Part shown: one piece after another, positions 9,731 to 19,772 of the stretch
Layout of the letters: every line of letters starts with the position of its first letter
How positions within the stretch are numbered: position 1 is the stretch's first letter
Source of the DNA: Patescibacteria group bacterium
Lineage (GTDB): Bacteria; Patescibacteriota; Minisyncoccia; CAIUEV01; JAHKAQ01
Assembly (NCBI GenBank): GCA_034716235.1
Contig: JAYEHH010000032.1
Coordinates: 370 to 64,369 of the forward strand
Length of the DNA stretch: 64,000 nt
Direction: 5' to 3'
The notes under the pieces: generated by a model
The model's database searches: none
Told to the model about the DNA's origin: nothing
The model's input: only the letters and a program-made list of their open reading frames with translations
Program-made: the position numbers and the translations under genes

Positions 9731-11650
9731 TTATTCAACTATTTCTCCTCCCGAGTAATCGACACTAATATCATCTTTTAGTTCGGTGTCAATAGCTTCA
9801 TCGCTTAGTTGATATATTTTTTCCGTAAAAGTATCTGTTCCAGTAAGGGTAGCTTTATTAATTAGGGTCAATGATTGCCCAATCTGATTTTCTTGAGGAG
9901 TAATTGAAACTTGGAAAACGGTTTCCTTAGCTCCAAGTTGAGTTCCTGTTTGAGCAGGAATTTTTCCAGGATTCCAAACAACTTCATGGGTTCTTTCATC
10001 AAAAGTAAGCTCTTTCACCCCAGTAGGATGAAAATTATTTTTCCAATCTACGTAATCAGGCAGACTGGCACGTACCGTCACTTCGGAAATATCATTATTA
10101 ACATTAACAATCTTCCAGTGGATTGTATAACTGGTTTCTTTTCCAACTTTTGGAGGAATAGGACCAAAATTATTAATAATATTATCATTATAGAATCCGG
10201 AATTTTGAAAGAAAACCTTACTATTTACTTTAATTCTTTTTTCATCCGAAGCGATTAGTTTGTTAGTAGCAATAGGAGTAGGAACATCGGGGCTATCAAT
10301 TTGAGCGTTAAAAGAAATTTCAAAATTTTTATCATCTAAACTATCAGCTGGCAGAAAAGAGAGAATATTAAAAGTAAAGGACACGGTGCCCTCCTCTTGT
10401 GGCTTTAGTGTCTGCAATTGAGGAATATTTCCTCCTCTCCAAACAATTTTTCGTTGGCCGAGATTGAAATCACCATTTTCAGATGTAACAGAATTAAAAT
10501 CTATGGCCTTACCTTCTAAGGAGGCGACAATTGTTACATCTTTCATCGGTAAATCACTAGAATTTTTGTATTTAATTTTAACGAGTAAGGAATTGCCTGA
10601 ATCGGCATTCCCCTTTTCATCCAAGCCACTTGATATTTCCTGCTGGATGGTGAGAGGTGAACTTATCATTTCGGTTTGAGCCGATTCTTCTGCTAGGATT
10701 GTAAAGTTCTCGTTGTTTCTTATCCCTATTTGAACGGAAATTATCTTTTTTTCTACGGTAGATCCAATGAGACTCCCATTAATACTTATAGTGGCTTCTT
10801 CGCCGGGCGCAAGCATGGACAATCTAAAAGTATTACTTTCATCTCCCACGGGAGCAATATTGGCCTCTGAATAAGTGAACCCTCCGGGATAATTAAATTG
10901 GGCCTCTATATTTTCCAAATTTTCGTAGGTGTTATTTTTAATGGTTAAAAGATACTCAGCCAAGTCTCCAGAAGTTATTTGGCGAGTAGCTTCCAACTTA
11001 GCCAATATTTTGGAAGACATTACCTTGATTCCTTGACGGACTTTTCGTTCGTTGGTCTTCCCACCGCTTTTATTTTTGTAGATGAGAGTAGCGTTTAAAT
11101 AGGTAATAGCTTGCGCTTTCTCGGTTATTTTTCCTTGGAAAGTAATGGCTCCATTTTTTTGAGCTGACAATTCTCCCAAATTAAATACCATAAAATCTTT
11201 TCCAACATCATCAGCTTGTTTATCGGCCTGAATAATTTCCAGAGATTCAGGGAAAAATATTTTCAATTGGCAGTCTTGCAGGTCAACTCGGTTGTTGTTG
11301 TGGTATAAAAAACTAAAAGAGAACTCTCTGCCCGTCTCCATAGACTCTGGAGTATCAAAAGAAAGTATTACATTGTTTGGTGAAAATTGTCTTGTTTTAT
11401 AAAGATAAAAACCATATCCTCCCAATAAAAATCCTAACAATACAAAAATTCCTATAATAATCTTAAGTAAAGACTTTTTTTGCCCCAAAGTAACCTCATT
11501 TCCTTTTTGCCATTTTTCTTTTTCGGGAGTATTATTTTTCGCTCCTCCCTCTTGAGTATTCTGGGGATTGAGCAAGTTGAAATCGTGAGGACGTTTTTCA
11601 ATTTCGTTTGATTTAGAGCGAAGTTTTTCCTGTAATTTATTGAGTTTCAT
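9731..11650 (-). CDS. Hypothetical large surface/exported protein with N-terminal membrane anchor
   Basis: Charged N-terminus, one transmembrane segment (IIIGIFVLLGFLLGGYGFYLY), ~550 aa extracytoplasmic region rich in S/T/N. Confidence 0.5.
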   Translation of the reverse strand: MKLNKLQEKLRSKSNEIEKRPHDFNLLNPQNTQEGGAKNNTPEKEKWQKGNEVTLGQKKSLLKIIIGIFVLLGFLLGGYGFYLYKTRQFSPNNVILSFDTPESMETGREFSFSFLYHNNNRVDLQDCQLKIFFPESLEIIQADKQADDVGKDFMVFNLGELSAQKNGAITFQGKITEKAQAITYLNATLIYKNKSGGKTNERKVRQGIKVMSSKILAKLEATRQITSGDLAEYLLTIKNNTYENLENIEAQFNYPGGFTYSEANIAPVGDESNTFRLSMLAPGEEATISINGSLIGSTVEKKIISVQIGIRNNENFTILAEESAQTEMISSPLTIQQEISSGLDEKGNADSGNSLLVKIKYKNSSDLPMKDVTIVASLEGKAIDFNSVTSENGDFNLGQRKIVWRGGNIPQLQTLKPQEEGTVSFTFNILSFLPADSLDDKNFEISFNAQIDSPDVPTPIATNKLIASDEKRIKVNSKVFFQNSGFYNDNIINNFGPIPPKVGKETSYTIHWKIVNVNNDISEVTVRASLPDYVDWKNNFHPTGVKELTFDERTHEVVWNPGKIPAQTGTQLGAKETVFQVSITPQENQIGQSLTLINKATLTGTDTFTEKIYQLSDEAIDTELKDDISVDYSGGEIVE

Positions 11651-11668
11651 TTTTATTTTTTTAAATCA

Positions 11669-12412
11669 TTATCCTAAACAATATTTTAGATGATTTAAGA
11701 CTAATCTCCAAGTTTTTTCAGCCACTTCTTTTTCAATGCTTAAGTTTCCAATTTTATTTGGAGATTCTTCTAAGAGATAGTTAGCTAATTTTATAGAACT
11801 GAAATTAGTTTTTTGAATGGCAATATTAGATTGAGAAGGATCATGGCAACAAACAACTCCTCCACTTTCCAGATCATAATAAAGATTGTTTTCTCTGCTA
11901 AAACCTTTACCACAATTAGCACATTTTTTAAGATTTAAACAAAAGCCGGCCGTATTTAATAATTTTAAAGTTAGTCCTGTTTGGTAGAGAGCTAGGCGTA
12001 TGTCTCCTAATTTTACCAAAGCCATTTTTTCTAAATAGTTTTTAGTTAGATTAAAAAGAGCAAGAATTTGTTGGGCGCTATAGACATCTTCTGTTGTTAG
12101 TCTTTCTATTAAAGCTAAACTCTGGTGAAAAACACGATTCTTGGAGGCGGAAAATTTTAAAAAATTGGGTTTCCAAGTTGAAATTGCCCCTGTCAATAAA
12201 TAATTGTCTTGTCTTTTACGAGGAATAAAATAAATTTGAGCAATGCTTCCTGGCTCTAGATGAAATCCTAATTTTGCTTTTGGCTTGCGAGAGCTTTTTG
12301 CAAAAAGCTTAACTTTTCCATAATCTTTGGTTAAGGCTACAAAAAAACTATCAAATTCTCTCGCTTTGAATTTTCTCAGGATAAGACCATGAGTTTTTAT
12401 AATATTATTCAT
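11669..12412 (-). CDS. recO: DNA repair protein RecO
   Basis: N-terminal OB-fold pattern (HGLILRKFKAREFDSFFVALTKDYGKVKLFAKSSRKPK) and a CxxC..CxxC-type zinc motif (CANCGK...CC). Confidence 0.7.
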   Translation of the reverse strand: MNNIIKTHGLILRKFKAREFDSFFVALTKDYGKVKLFAKSSRKPKAKLGFHLEPGSIAQIYFIPRKRQDNYLLTGAISTWKPNFLKFSASKNRVFHQSLALIERLTTEDVYSAQQILALFNLTKNYLEKMALVKLGDIRLALYQTGLTLKLLNTAGFCLNLKKCANCGKGFSRENNLYYDLESGGVVCCHDPSQSNIAIQKTNFSSIKLANYLLEESPNKIGNLSIEKEVAEKTWRLVLNHLKYCLG

Positions 12413-12464
12413 GGATCTTTTAATAACGAACTAATTATGATATTTCTATTTTGAAATTAGCTAA

Positions 12465-15398
12465 CTATGCCTTAGTGATAGCTAATTTGATTGTTTCATC
12501 AGCGATTATCATTTTTCCCTCTAAATCAGTTTTGTCAGGCATTCCTTTCGTTATTTTTTTAGCTAGAGTTTCCTTGGCAATCAAATCTTCAAAACTAGTA
12601 AAGATAGCATTAGCACCAACATAATTAATGGAGATTCTATCATCAAGTTTATAATTTGCTTTTCGACGCATTTCTTGGATGTGTCTAATAATTTCACGGG
12701 CATTGCCTTCTTTTTTAAGCTTGGGTGTAATTTGGATATCTAGCCCAACAATAAGTTTATTCTCTTCCTTGGTTTGAATTTTTTTCAAGGATTTAATTTC
12801 TTTATGTTCTCCACAGGAAAACTGCTTAATATTGGTTTCCTCTTTAATGATTTCCTTAAGTTCCGCATCCTCATAAATATCTTCTTGATTTAGATAAATT
12901 CTTTCTAGTGGTTGACGAACTTTGATGCCAGCTTCAGCTCGAATTCCCAAAACAAGCTTTACAATATTTTGAGCTTTCCGCATTTTCTTTATGAGATCTT
13001 TATCGATTAATTCTTTGTTAGCTTTAGGATAATCAGTAAGATGAACCGACTCTTCTCGGGTTAGATTCTTATAGATATTTTCTGCCATAAAAGGCATAAA
13101 AGGAGCTAATACTTGAGAAAACTTTATTAAAACCTCGTATAAAGTTGCGTAAGCTTCGTTTTTATCATTATCATTTTCACTCTTCCAGAATCTCCGTCGG
13201 CTTCTCCTAATATACCAATTAGAAAGCTTGTCAATAAAGCTAGGTAAAAGACGAGCAGCTTTAGCTATTTGATAGCCATCCATCTTTTTCTCGAAATTAC
13301 TAATCAAAGTATTCAGCTCGGCTAAGATCCAGCGATCTAAAATATGTTTTGGTTCAATTCCTGCCTCTTCAAAATTTAGTTTCTCCTTGGGATCAAATTT
13401 ATCAATTGAAGCATAGGTAACGAAAAAAGAATAAGAATTCCAAAGAGTTGACATAAATTTCTTTTTCACTTCGGCGATTTCTTTAACAGAAAAATTAATA
13501 TTCCGAGCTTCCATGATGGGAGAACTCATGAGATAAAGTCTTAAAGCATCACCTCCATATTCGTCTAGAACAATTTTTGGATCAGTATAATTACCTAATG
13601 ATTTAGACATTTTCTTTCCGTCATCGCCAGAGATTACTCCCGTAGCTACCACATTTTTGAAAGCTGGTTGGTCAATCAGGGCTACGGCAAGAACATGTAA
13701 AACATAAAACCAAGCTCTAGTTTGGGCAATATATTCCGAGATATAATCAGCAGGAAATTTTTGAGAAAAATCTTCTTTATTTTCAAAGGGATAGTGATGT
13801 TGAGCATAAGGCATAGCGCCTGACTCAAACCAGCAATCTAAAACTTGAGGAACTCTCTTGAATGTTCCACCACAATCACATTTAAAATCAACTTTATCTA
13901 TGTAAGGACGATGGTAGTCATCTAATTTTTGACCACTTAGTCGATAAAGTTCTTCGTAAGAACCAACGGCTTTTATTTTTTTACATTTGTCACAACGCCA
14001 AATAGGAATAGCTGTTCCCCAGTAACGATCACGGGCAATATTCCAATCAGGGGCTGACTGGATACCTTTCAAAAAGCGACCATGCTTTAAGAAGTTCGGT
14101 TGCCAATTAATTTTTTCGTTTTCCGTTTCTAGTTTTTTGCGAATTTTATCAATATTAATAAACCAAGCCGGTTGAGTTTTATAAACAAGCTTAGTGTGGC
14201 AACGGTAGCAAAAAGGATAGGAGTGAACCACTTTTTGTTGATTATACAAAATTTTCTTTTCTTCTAGATCGGTAATAATTTTAGGATTAACCTTCCAAAC
14301 ATTTTCTCCCTGCCAAGGACCTTCTTTAAAATTAGCCTGGGAATCTACATTTTCAATAAGAGGAATTTCTTCCTGACGAGATAAATTAAAATCATCTTCC
14401 CCAAAAGCCGGTGCTAGATGAACAATGCCAGTTCCTTCTTTAGTGGAGACAAAATCTCCTAGAAAAACTCGATGCAAATTCTCTTCCTTGCCACTCCTAA
14501 AAGAAAATCCATCGTAGGGAGCGCTATAAGCTATCCCAGCCAATTCACTGCCCTTAATTTCTTCCAGTACTGCGTATTCATCGGTTAACTGATCTATTCT
14601 ATCCTTGGCGATAATAAGAGTCTCTCTCTTTTCGGTTTTTACCCTAACATACTGAATATCTTTCCCAACGGCCAGAGCAGTATTAGCCGGTAATGTCCAT
14701 GGAGTAGTGGTCCAAGCTAAAAGACTATTGTCTTTGTATTGCCCTTCGGTAATTTTGAATTTTACAATTACGGAAATATCTTCTACATCTTTATAGCTAT
14801 CATCCATGGCGATCTCAAAATTAGCCAGTGGCGTTTCACAGCGAGGACAATAAAGTGAGATGCGAGTATCTTCATAAATTAAATCTTTTTCATAAAGTTC
14901 CTTAAAAGCCCACCAAACAGACTCCATGTATCCTTTATCCATGGTGCGGTAAGGATTTTTATAATCTACCCATCGTCCGATTCTACCAATAATTTCTTCC
15001 CATTCTTCAGTCATTTGACTGACTTGTAAACGGCATTCAGTATTAAATTCTTTAATTCCAATTTTAGTTTCAATTTCATTTTTTGATTTAAGCCCCAGTT
15101 TTTTTTCTACTCCATGCTCTGCTGGTAAACCGTGACAATCCCAACCCCAACGGCGATCAACCCGATAGCCTTTCATTGTCCAATATCTAGGGACTACATC
15201 TTTGGCGATAGAAGATAAGATAGTGCCGTAATGAGGTACTCCTGTGGCAAAAGGAGGGCCATCAAAAAAGCTGTAAACCGGAGCTTCGGTTCGGTTTTGG
15301 ATAGAACGCTCAAAAATTTTATTTTCTTTCCAAAATTTAAGAGCTTTTTTTTCTAATTTAATTAAATCTTCTCTGGGATTAACTGAATCAAACATCAA
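12465..15398 (-). CDS. ileS: Isoleucyl-tRNA synthetase, type 2 (eukaryote-like)
   Basis: PPFATGVPHYGTIL (HIGH variant typical of type-2 IleRS), WTTTPWTLP editing motif, KMSKSLGN; 977 aa. Confidence 0.9.
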   Translation of the reverse strand: MMFDSVNPREDLIKLEKKALKFWKENKIFERSIQNRTEAPVYSFFDGPPFATGVPHYGTILSSIAKDVVPRYWTMKGYRVDRRWGWDCHGLPAEHGVEKKLGLKSKNEIETKIGIKEFNTECRLQVSQMTEEWEEIIGRIGRWVDYKNPYRTMDKGYMESVWWAFKELYEKDLIYEDTRISLYCPRCETPLANFEIAMDDSYKDVEDISVIVKFKITEGQYKDNSLLAWTTTPWTLPANTALAVGKDIQYVRVKTEKRETLIIAKDRIDQLTDEYAVLEEIKGSELAGIAYSAPYDGFSFRSGKEENLHRVFLGDFVSTKEGTGIVHLAPAFGEDDFNLSRQEEIPLIENVDSQANFKEGPWQGENVWKVNPKIITDLEEKKILYNQQKVVHSYPFCYRCHTKLVYKTQPAWFINIDKIRKKLETENEKINWQPNFLKHGRFLKGIQSAPDWNIARDRYWGTAIPIWRCDKCKKIKAVGSYEELYRLSGQKLDDYHRPYIDKVDFKCDCGGTFKRVPQVLDCWFESGAMPYAQHHYPFENKEDFSQKFPADYISEYIAQTRAWFYVLHVLAVALIDQPAFKNVVATGVISGDDGKKMSKSLGNYTDPKIVLDEYGGDALRLYLMSSPIMEARNINFSVKEIAEVKKKFMSTLWNSYSFFVTYASIDKFDPKEKLNFEEAGIEPKHILDRWILAELNTLISNFEKKMDGYQIAKAARLLPSFIDKLSNWYIRRSRRRFWKSENDNDKNEAYATLYEVLIKFSQVLAPFMPFMAENIYKNLTREESVHLTDYPKANKELIDKDLIKKMRKAQNIVKLVLGIRAEAGIKVRQPLERIYLNQEDIYEDAELKEIIKEETNIKQFSCGEHKEIKSLKKIQTKEENKLIVGLDIQITPKLKKEGNAREIIRHIQEMRRKANYKLDDRISINYVGANAIFTSFEDLIAKETLAKKITKGMPDKTDLEGKMIIADETIKLAITKA

Positions 15399-15606
15399 GG
15401 TTAAATGTTAAATGTGAATTAATAAAATGATTATTAAAAAATAATCAACACCATTAAAGATGTTCTTTTATAAAGATACCTAATTTTTGAAGAATTTTCA
15501 AGAGAGAAAGACTAGATATCAAAGTAGCAGGATAATATCCTATTTGAACAACATAGAAATGTCCTACTTAGAAATTTGCATGCACATTATAATAGTTTGG
15601 ATAATT

Positions 15607-15643
15607 TAAATAAAAGAAGCCCGTGGCGTTGCCAAAGGCTTCT
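15607..15643 (-). terminator. Rho-independent terminator after the 16538->15656 two-gene unit
   Basis: On the minus strand: GAAGCC-15 nt loop-GGCTTC followed by TTTTATTT, just 3' of the stop at 15656. Confidence 0.5.
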
Positions 15644-15655
15644 GGTTGAAGATTT

Positions 15656-16192
15656 TTAATGAAAGGTCTGTGCTCTTTCGTTTTCATCCGGCTTCTTTTT
15701 CCCTCCCTTCATCCCATGCCGGATTACTCTTACGATGTTATAACTCCAATACTTCCTCCTGAAGTAGTCTATTAAGCTATCTACTTCTTTGTTAAAGCAA
15801 ATAGCTAGAAATAAAACACCACTAGGTTGCTTGACCATCTTGGTTGCATCCGAGAGTGATATTCTATCGTCAATCTCGTTTACTATGAGAACTGTTCCCT
15901 CATATGTTTTAACCAAATAAAACATATTGAGAGTTTCTCCAATTCTTAGAGGGTTAGCTGAGCTGATATTCTCCCATGAATTTTCCTTATATTTTGTATA
16001 AAGATGTCTTGACAATCCGTTGAGCTCTTGGGTTGGGCAAATAGCCATAAAGGAGCCAAGTCCATACTGCTCAATTATGCTAACTATTTCTGCCAGTCGC
16101 TTTTCCATAACGGATTCCTCTACCACAATATTTCCGACTCCTATATCCAGTAGGGATGCTAGATACACTATATTAAACTTTTCTTTATTCAT
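15656..16192 (-). CDS. Hypothetical protein with two copies of a ~55-aa domain; paralogous to the upstream gene
   Basis: Internal repeat (..ICPTQELNGLSRHLYTKYKE.. / ..ICFNKEVDSLIDYFRRKYWSYNIVRVIRHG) matching the upstream protein (..VCSDNEITGLLRYFRERYQEENIVRIIIRE). Confidence 0.6.
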   Translation of the reverse strand: MNKEKFNIVYLASLLDIGVGNIVVEESVMEKRLAEIVSIIEQYGLGSFMAICPTQELNGLSRHLYTKYKENSWENISSANPLRIGETLNMFYLVKTYEGTVLIVNEIDDRISLSDATKMVKQPSGVLFLAICFNKEVDSLIDYFRRKYWSYNIVRVIRHGMKGGKKKPDENERAQTFH

Positions 16193-16538
16193 TTTCCTCT
16201 CCTCCTTTTTTAAGGGTTGTCTGACGTTGTTTTTTATCGTCCTTATCTTTCAGGCTCTTTATTTTGCTGTAAGATTTTTCTCTTTCTCCTTCTTCTCTTA
16301 TTATAATTCTGACAATATTTTCTTCTTGGTACCTCTCCCTAAAATAGCGAAGCAGCCCTGTAATTTCATTATCAGAACAAACAACCAATAGGAAATTAGA
16401 TTCCGATTTTTCAATCTCTTCAGAAATTTTTCCTACTTGTTCTTCTGGATTGATTGATTCTGCAACCAAAATCCCCTCTTTTGCATCTTCTCCCCCTAGC
16501 CGAGTTAAAAAAATCTTGCTAAATCTTTTTTTGCCCAT
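16185..16538 (-). CDS. Hypothetical small protein, single copy of the same domain, acidic/lysine-rich tail
   Basis: 8-nt overlap with the downstream paralog; shared LVVCSDNE..GLLRYFRERY..NIVRII motif. Confidence 0.6.
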   Translation of the reverse strand: MGKKRFSKIFLTRLGGEDAKEGILVAESINPEEQVGKISEEIEKSESNFLLVVCSDNEITGLLRYFRERYQEENIVRIIIREEGEREKSYSKIKSLKDKDDKKQRQTTLKKGGEENE

Positions 16539-17039
16539 TTTCCTCTCCTTCTTTTAAAAGGTTTAAATTTCTATTTAATTAGTAAGGTACTACTAACTAA
16601 GTAGAAATAGCATAAAAATTAGAGATTGTAAATGAAAGAGGGGTTTCTTTTGGAGAGAATTTTTCTTAGATGTATTTAGTGTCGCGATCGTAAGGATAAA
16701 TTGGATGGAAGACTATTGTAGAAAATATTCAATAAAGAGTTAAGTGCCATTCTTTGTATTGCCTTGCTTTTTCATTTCATCCTCGTGGTCAGCAATGTCA
16801 TGTATGTATTTTTCGAAATTATCCATATTATTTATTTGGCGATTTATTTTTTAAAAATCTGTTTAAAAAATCTTCTCGATTCATTGACGCTTGTTTTATT
16901 TCTCTTTTTTTCCTTCTATATTTTTATCAGGAACTGTTTTTTTAGTTTGTGGTTTTTCGGTTTTATTTTTAGATGATGACCAAGATTCAATCTCCATATT
17001 TTAAAAGATGAATTACTAAATATTTTTCTTCTTACGCAT

Positions 17040-17621
17040 TTAACCACCGTATAAATTGTGGTCATTAATGTATTTTGAAATATCTTCTGGAATATATTTA
17101 TTGTATTGCCAATCATGTTTTCTTATCAGCTCCCTTATTTTTGTACTTGATATTTTTATACTAGTTCCGTTGATGATGTCAACATTTTTTTTAGGAAAAT
17201 CATTTGGTAAAATGTTACCCACTCTTTGGGAGACAACAAAGGTTTCTTTGTCTAAAATACTTGGGTTTTCATTGTACAAATTCATAATTCCATCAGAACC
17301 AATAAGTTGAGTTATGGAAACATCTTTTTTCGATTTTATTTCACTCATTATTTCATCTGTATACCTCCCCTTATTATCACTCAGTTCATTATCCAGTAGG
17401 ATGATTGGCAATTCTATTTGGGTTTTCAAATAGGAAACAAACAATTTTCCTAAATTTACTCTATGTCTATACGATATATCTATGATTTTATCCCTGCGTT
17501 TTCCAGAAGGCATTATCCAAAGCTCATCAAACTCTTTTTTTTGCAGTGCTAACCTGATTATTTCAACATGACCATAATGTGGAGGGTTAAATGCACCTGG
17601 AAATAAAAGTACTTTTTTCAT
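17040..17621 (-). CDS. nadD: Nicotinate-nucleotide adenylyltransferase NadD
   Basis: MKKVLLFPGAFNPPHYGHVEI (GxFxPxHxGH nucleotidyltransferase motif). The ORF extends upstream to 17699, but the conserved N-terminus starts at Met27. Confidence 0.8.
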   Translation of the reverse strand: MKKVLLFPGAFNPPHYGHVEIIRLALQKKEFDELWIMPSGKRRDKIIDISYRHRVNLGKLFVSYLKTQIELPIILLDNELSDNKGRYTDEIMSEIKSKKDVSITQLIGSDGIMNLYNENPSILDKETFVVSQRVGNILPNDFPKKNVDIINGTSIKISSTKIRELIRKHDWQYNKYIPEDISKYINDHNLYGG

Positions 17622-17729
17622 AATGTTGTGCGAAAGTAAAAAGAAAAATATTTTTTGAATGGTGTATTCATTGTTATATGATATGATTTGGTTTTTCAAT
17701 TTTTCAAATAGATAACTATTCGAGGTATC

Positions 17730-18179
17730 TTATTTGTCCTTCTTAGTATTTATTCTGCACGAATCAATGAGCTTGATTGCGTCTTGGTAGCCAAGAAATC
17801 TACCACCAACAACCTGTTTGTCTGGTCTATCATCAAAATAATGTTCTCCAAAATCACGAATCTCTTTTTCTATTGTTGAATTTATTGTAATAGTTTCATT
17901 TGATAGTTGGCATAGAATTTTATGGTCTTCCTCACCATTCTCAACCGATTCGACCATGCCTATTGGCTCCACATCTATAGTATCTCCTGAAGTGAGTGAT
18001 TTTGATGTTATCACGTAGCAATCAAGTTGATCTCCGTCGCCACTAATCGTATCTAACAAAAAACCATAGGCATAAGGATAGGGCTTGTACACTTTTTTTA
18101 TTCCTATCTGTTCAAGTGTTTGCTCATTATAGATAGGTCTTTGATCTGTTCCCGCGTCTACTTCAATAAATGCTTTCAT
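17730..18179 (-). CDS. ppa: Inorganic pyrophosphatase (family I)
   Basis: DGDQLDCYVI resembles the DGDPLDVLV active-site motif; 149 aa. Confidence 0.8.
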   Translation of the reverse strand: MKAFIEVDAGTDQRPIYNEQTLEQIGIKKVYKPYPYAYGFLLDTISGDGDQLDCYVITSKSLTSGDTIDVEPIGMVESVENGEEDHKILCQLSNETITINSTIEKEIRDFGEHYFDDRPDKQVVGGRFLGYQDAIKLIDSCRINTKKDK

Positions 18180-18241
18180 AAAATGTTGTTAGAAGTTTTT
18201 AAAAAATTTTGCTACAACTACTTATCACACAAACCTTTAAC

Positions 18242-19735
18242 CTACCCCACCATTTTCATCGCCTCCTCAATTCTTTCTAGGGTCTTATCTTTCCCTAAAA
18301 CCCAAGCACATTCAAAAGGGCTAGGACTTTTCTGTTGTCCTGTTAAAGCAACCCTTAATGGCCATAGCAATTCGCCCTTTTTTTCTTTTGCTACCTCCAG
18401 CAATTTATTTTCAAGAGATTGAATAGTGTATTCTTTCTCAGGGATATTATTTATAGTCTCTTTTGCTTTCTCTAGATTTTTAATAATAGTTTGATTATCC
18501 ATATCTTTCCATTTTAGCAAATCCTTAGAATAATCAATTTTTTCCTCAACTAAATATTCTATATCTTCTAGTAATTCTGAAAGCTTGCTGATTCTTTCTT
18601 TTTGGATAGTGATGACTTTCTTTAGTTTTGTCTCATCCATGATTATATTTTGCTCTTTAAGATATTTTTTGGCGACTTTAAACAAATGATCAACGCTAAT
18701 TGCTTTTAAATATTGAGAGCCTACCCAGTCTAGGTGCCCATAATCAAATTTGGCTCCGGCCTTATTAATTTTTTTGATATCAAATTGGTCAATTAGCTCT
18801 TGTTTAGAAAAAATTTCTTGAGTTGTTTTAGGATTCCACCCTAAAAGCGCGATATGGTTTAAAATTGCTTGGGGAAGATAACCCTTTTTGATAAAATCAC
18901 GAATTCCCACATCGCCATCTCGTTTACTTAATTTCTTTCCGTTCATGTTGAGGAGTTGGGGCAGATGACCGAACTTAGGAATTTTCCAACCAAAGGCTTG
19001 ATAAATTAAAATATGTTTAGGAGTTGAAGATAGCCACTCCTCTCCTCTTAAAATATGAGAGATTTTCATTAGGTGATCATCAACTACTACTGCTAAGTGA
19101 TAAGTTGGATAACCATCAGATTTTAACAATATTTGGTCATCAACCAGCTTGTTTTCAATTGCTATTTTGCCTCGAATTAAGTCATTGAATTCGGTTGTTC
19201 CTTCTGCCGGCACGTTTAAACGGACAACGTAGGGTTCTTTTTTCCTTAATCTCTCTTCAATTTCGCTTTTAGGCAGATGGAGGCAATGTTTATCATACTT
19301 GGGAGCTTGTTTTCTTTTTTGCTGCTCTTTCCTCATTTTTTCCAATCGTTGAGGAGAACAAAAGCAGTAATAGGCCTGCCCTTTGTCAATTAGTTTTTGA
19401 ACATATTTTCTAAAAATAGCTAATCTTTTAGATTGAATGTAATGTCCGTAATTTCCCTTTTCAACTATTTTATCCTGAGCATCTAAATCTATTCCTTCAT
19501 CCCATTCAAGCCCAGCCCATTTTAACGATTTAATTAAATCTTCGGTTGCCTTTTCTACGAAACGATTACGATCAGTATCTTCTAAACGAACTATAAACTG
19601 GCCGTTATTTTTTTTGGCGAAAAGAAAATTAGTCAGGGCGGTACGTAGAGTGCCAATATGAGTAAAACCGGTAGGAGATGGAGCAATCCTAACTCGTATT
19701 TTGGGTGACTGGTTAGAAGAGTTTAAAGTTTTCAT
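18242..19735 (-). CDS. gltX: Glutamyl-tRNA synthetase
   Basis: RIAPSPTGFTHIGTLRTAL (HIGH region) and KLSKR (KMSKS); 497 aa. Confidence 0.9.
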   Translation of the reverse strand: MKTLNSSNQSPKIRVRIAPSPTGFTHIGTLRTALTNFLFAKKNNGQFIVRLEDTDRNRFVEKATEDLIKSLKWAGLEWDEGIDLDAQDKIVEKGNYGHYIQSKRLAIFRKYVQKLIDKGQAYYCFCSPQRLEKMRKEQQKRKQAPKYDKHCLHLPKSEIEERLRKKEPYVVRLNVPAEGTTEFNDLIRGKIAIENKLVDDQILLKSDGYPTYHLAVVVDDHLMKISHILRGEEWLSSTPKHILIYQAFGWKIPKFGHLPQLLNMNGKKLSKRDGDVGIRDFIKKGYLPQAILNHIALLGWNPKTTQEIFSKQELIDQFDIKKINKAGAKFDYGHLDWVGSQYLKAISVDHLFKVAKKYLKEQNIIMDETKLKKVITIQKERISKLSELLEDIEYLVEEKIDYSKDLLKWKDMDNQTIIKNLEKAKETINNIPEKEYTIQSLENKLLEVAKEKKGELLWPLRVALTGQQKSPSPFECAWVLGKDKTLERIEEAMKMVG

Positions 19736-19772
19736 TTGTTTAACTCAATCGAAAAAAATTAAATAGAAAAAA

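Noticed and set aside
17622-17699. Upstream extension of nadD to the ATG at 17699
   Set aside because: The conserved nucleotidyltransferase N-terminus (MKKVLLFPGAFNPPHYGH) begins at the internal Met. The extension is low-complexity, so I used 17621 as the start but cannot exclude the longer form.
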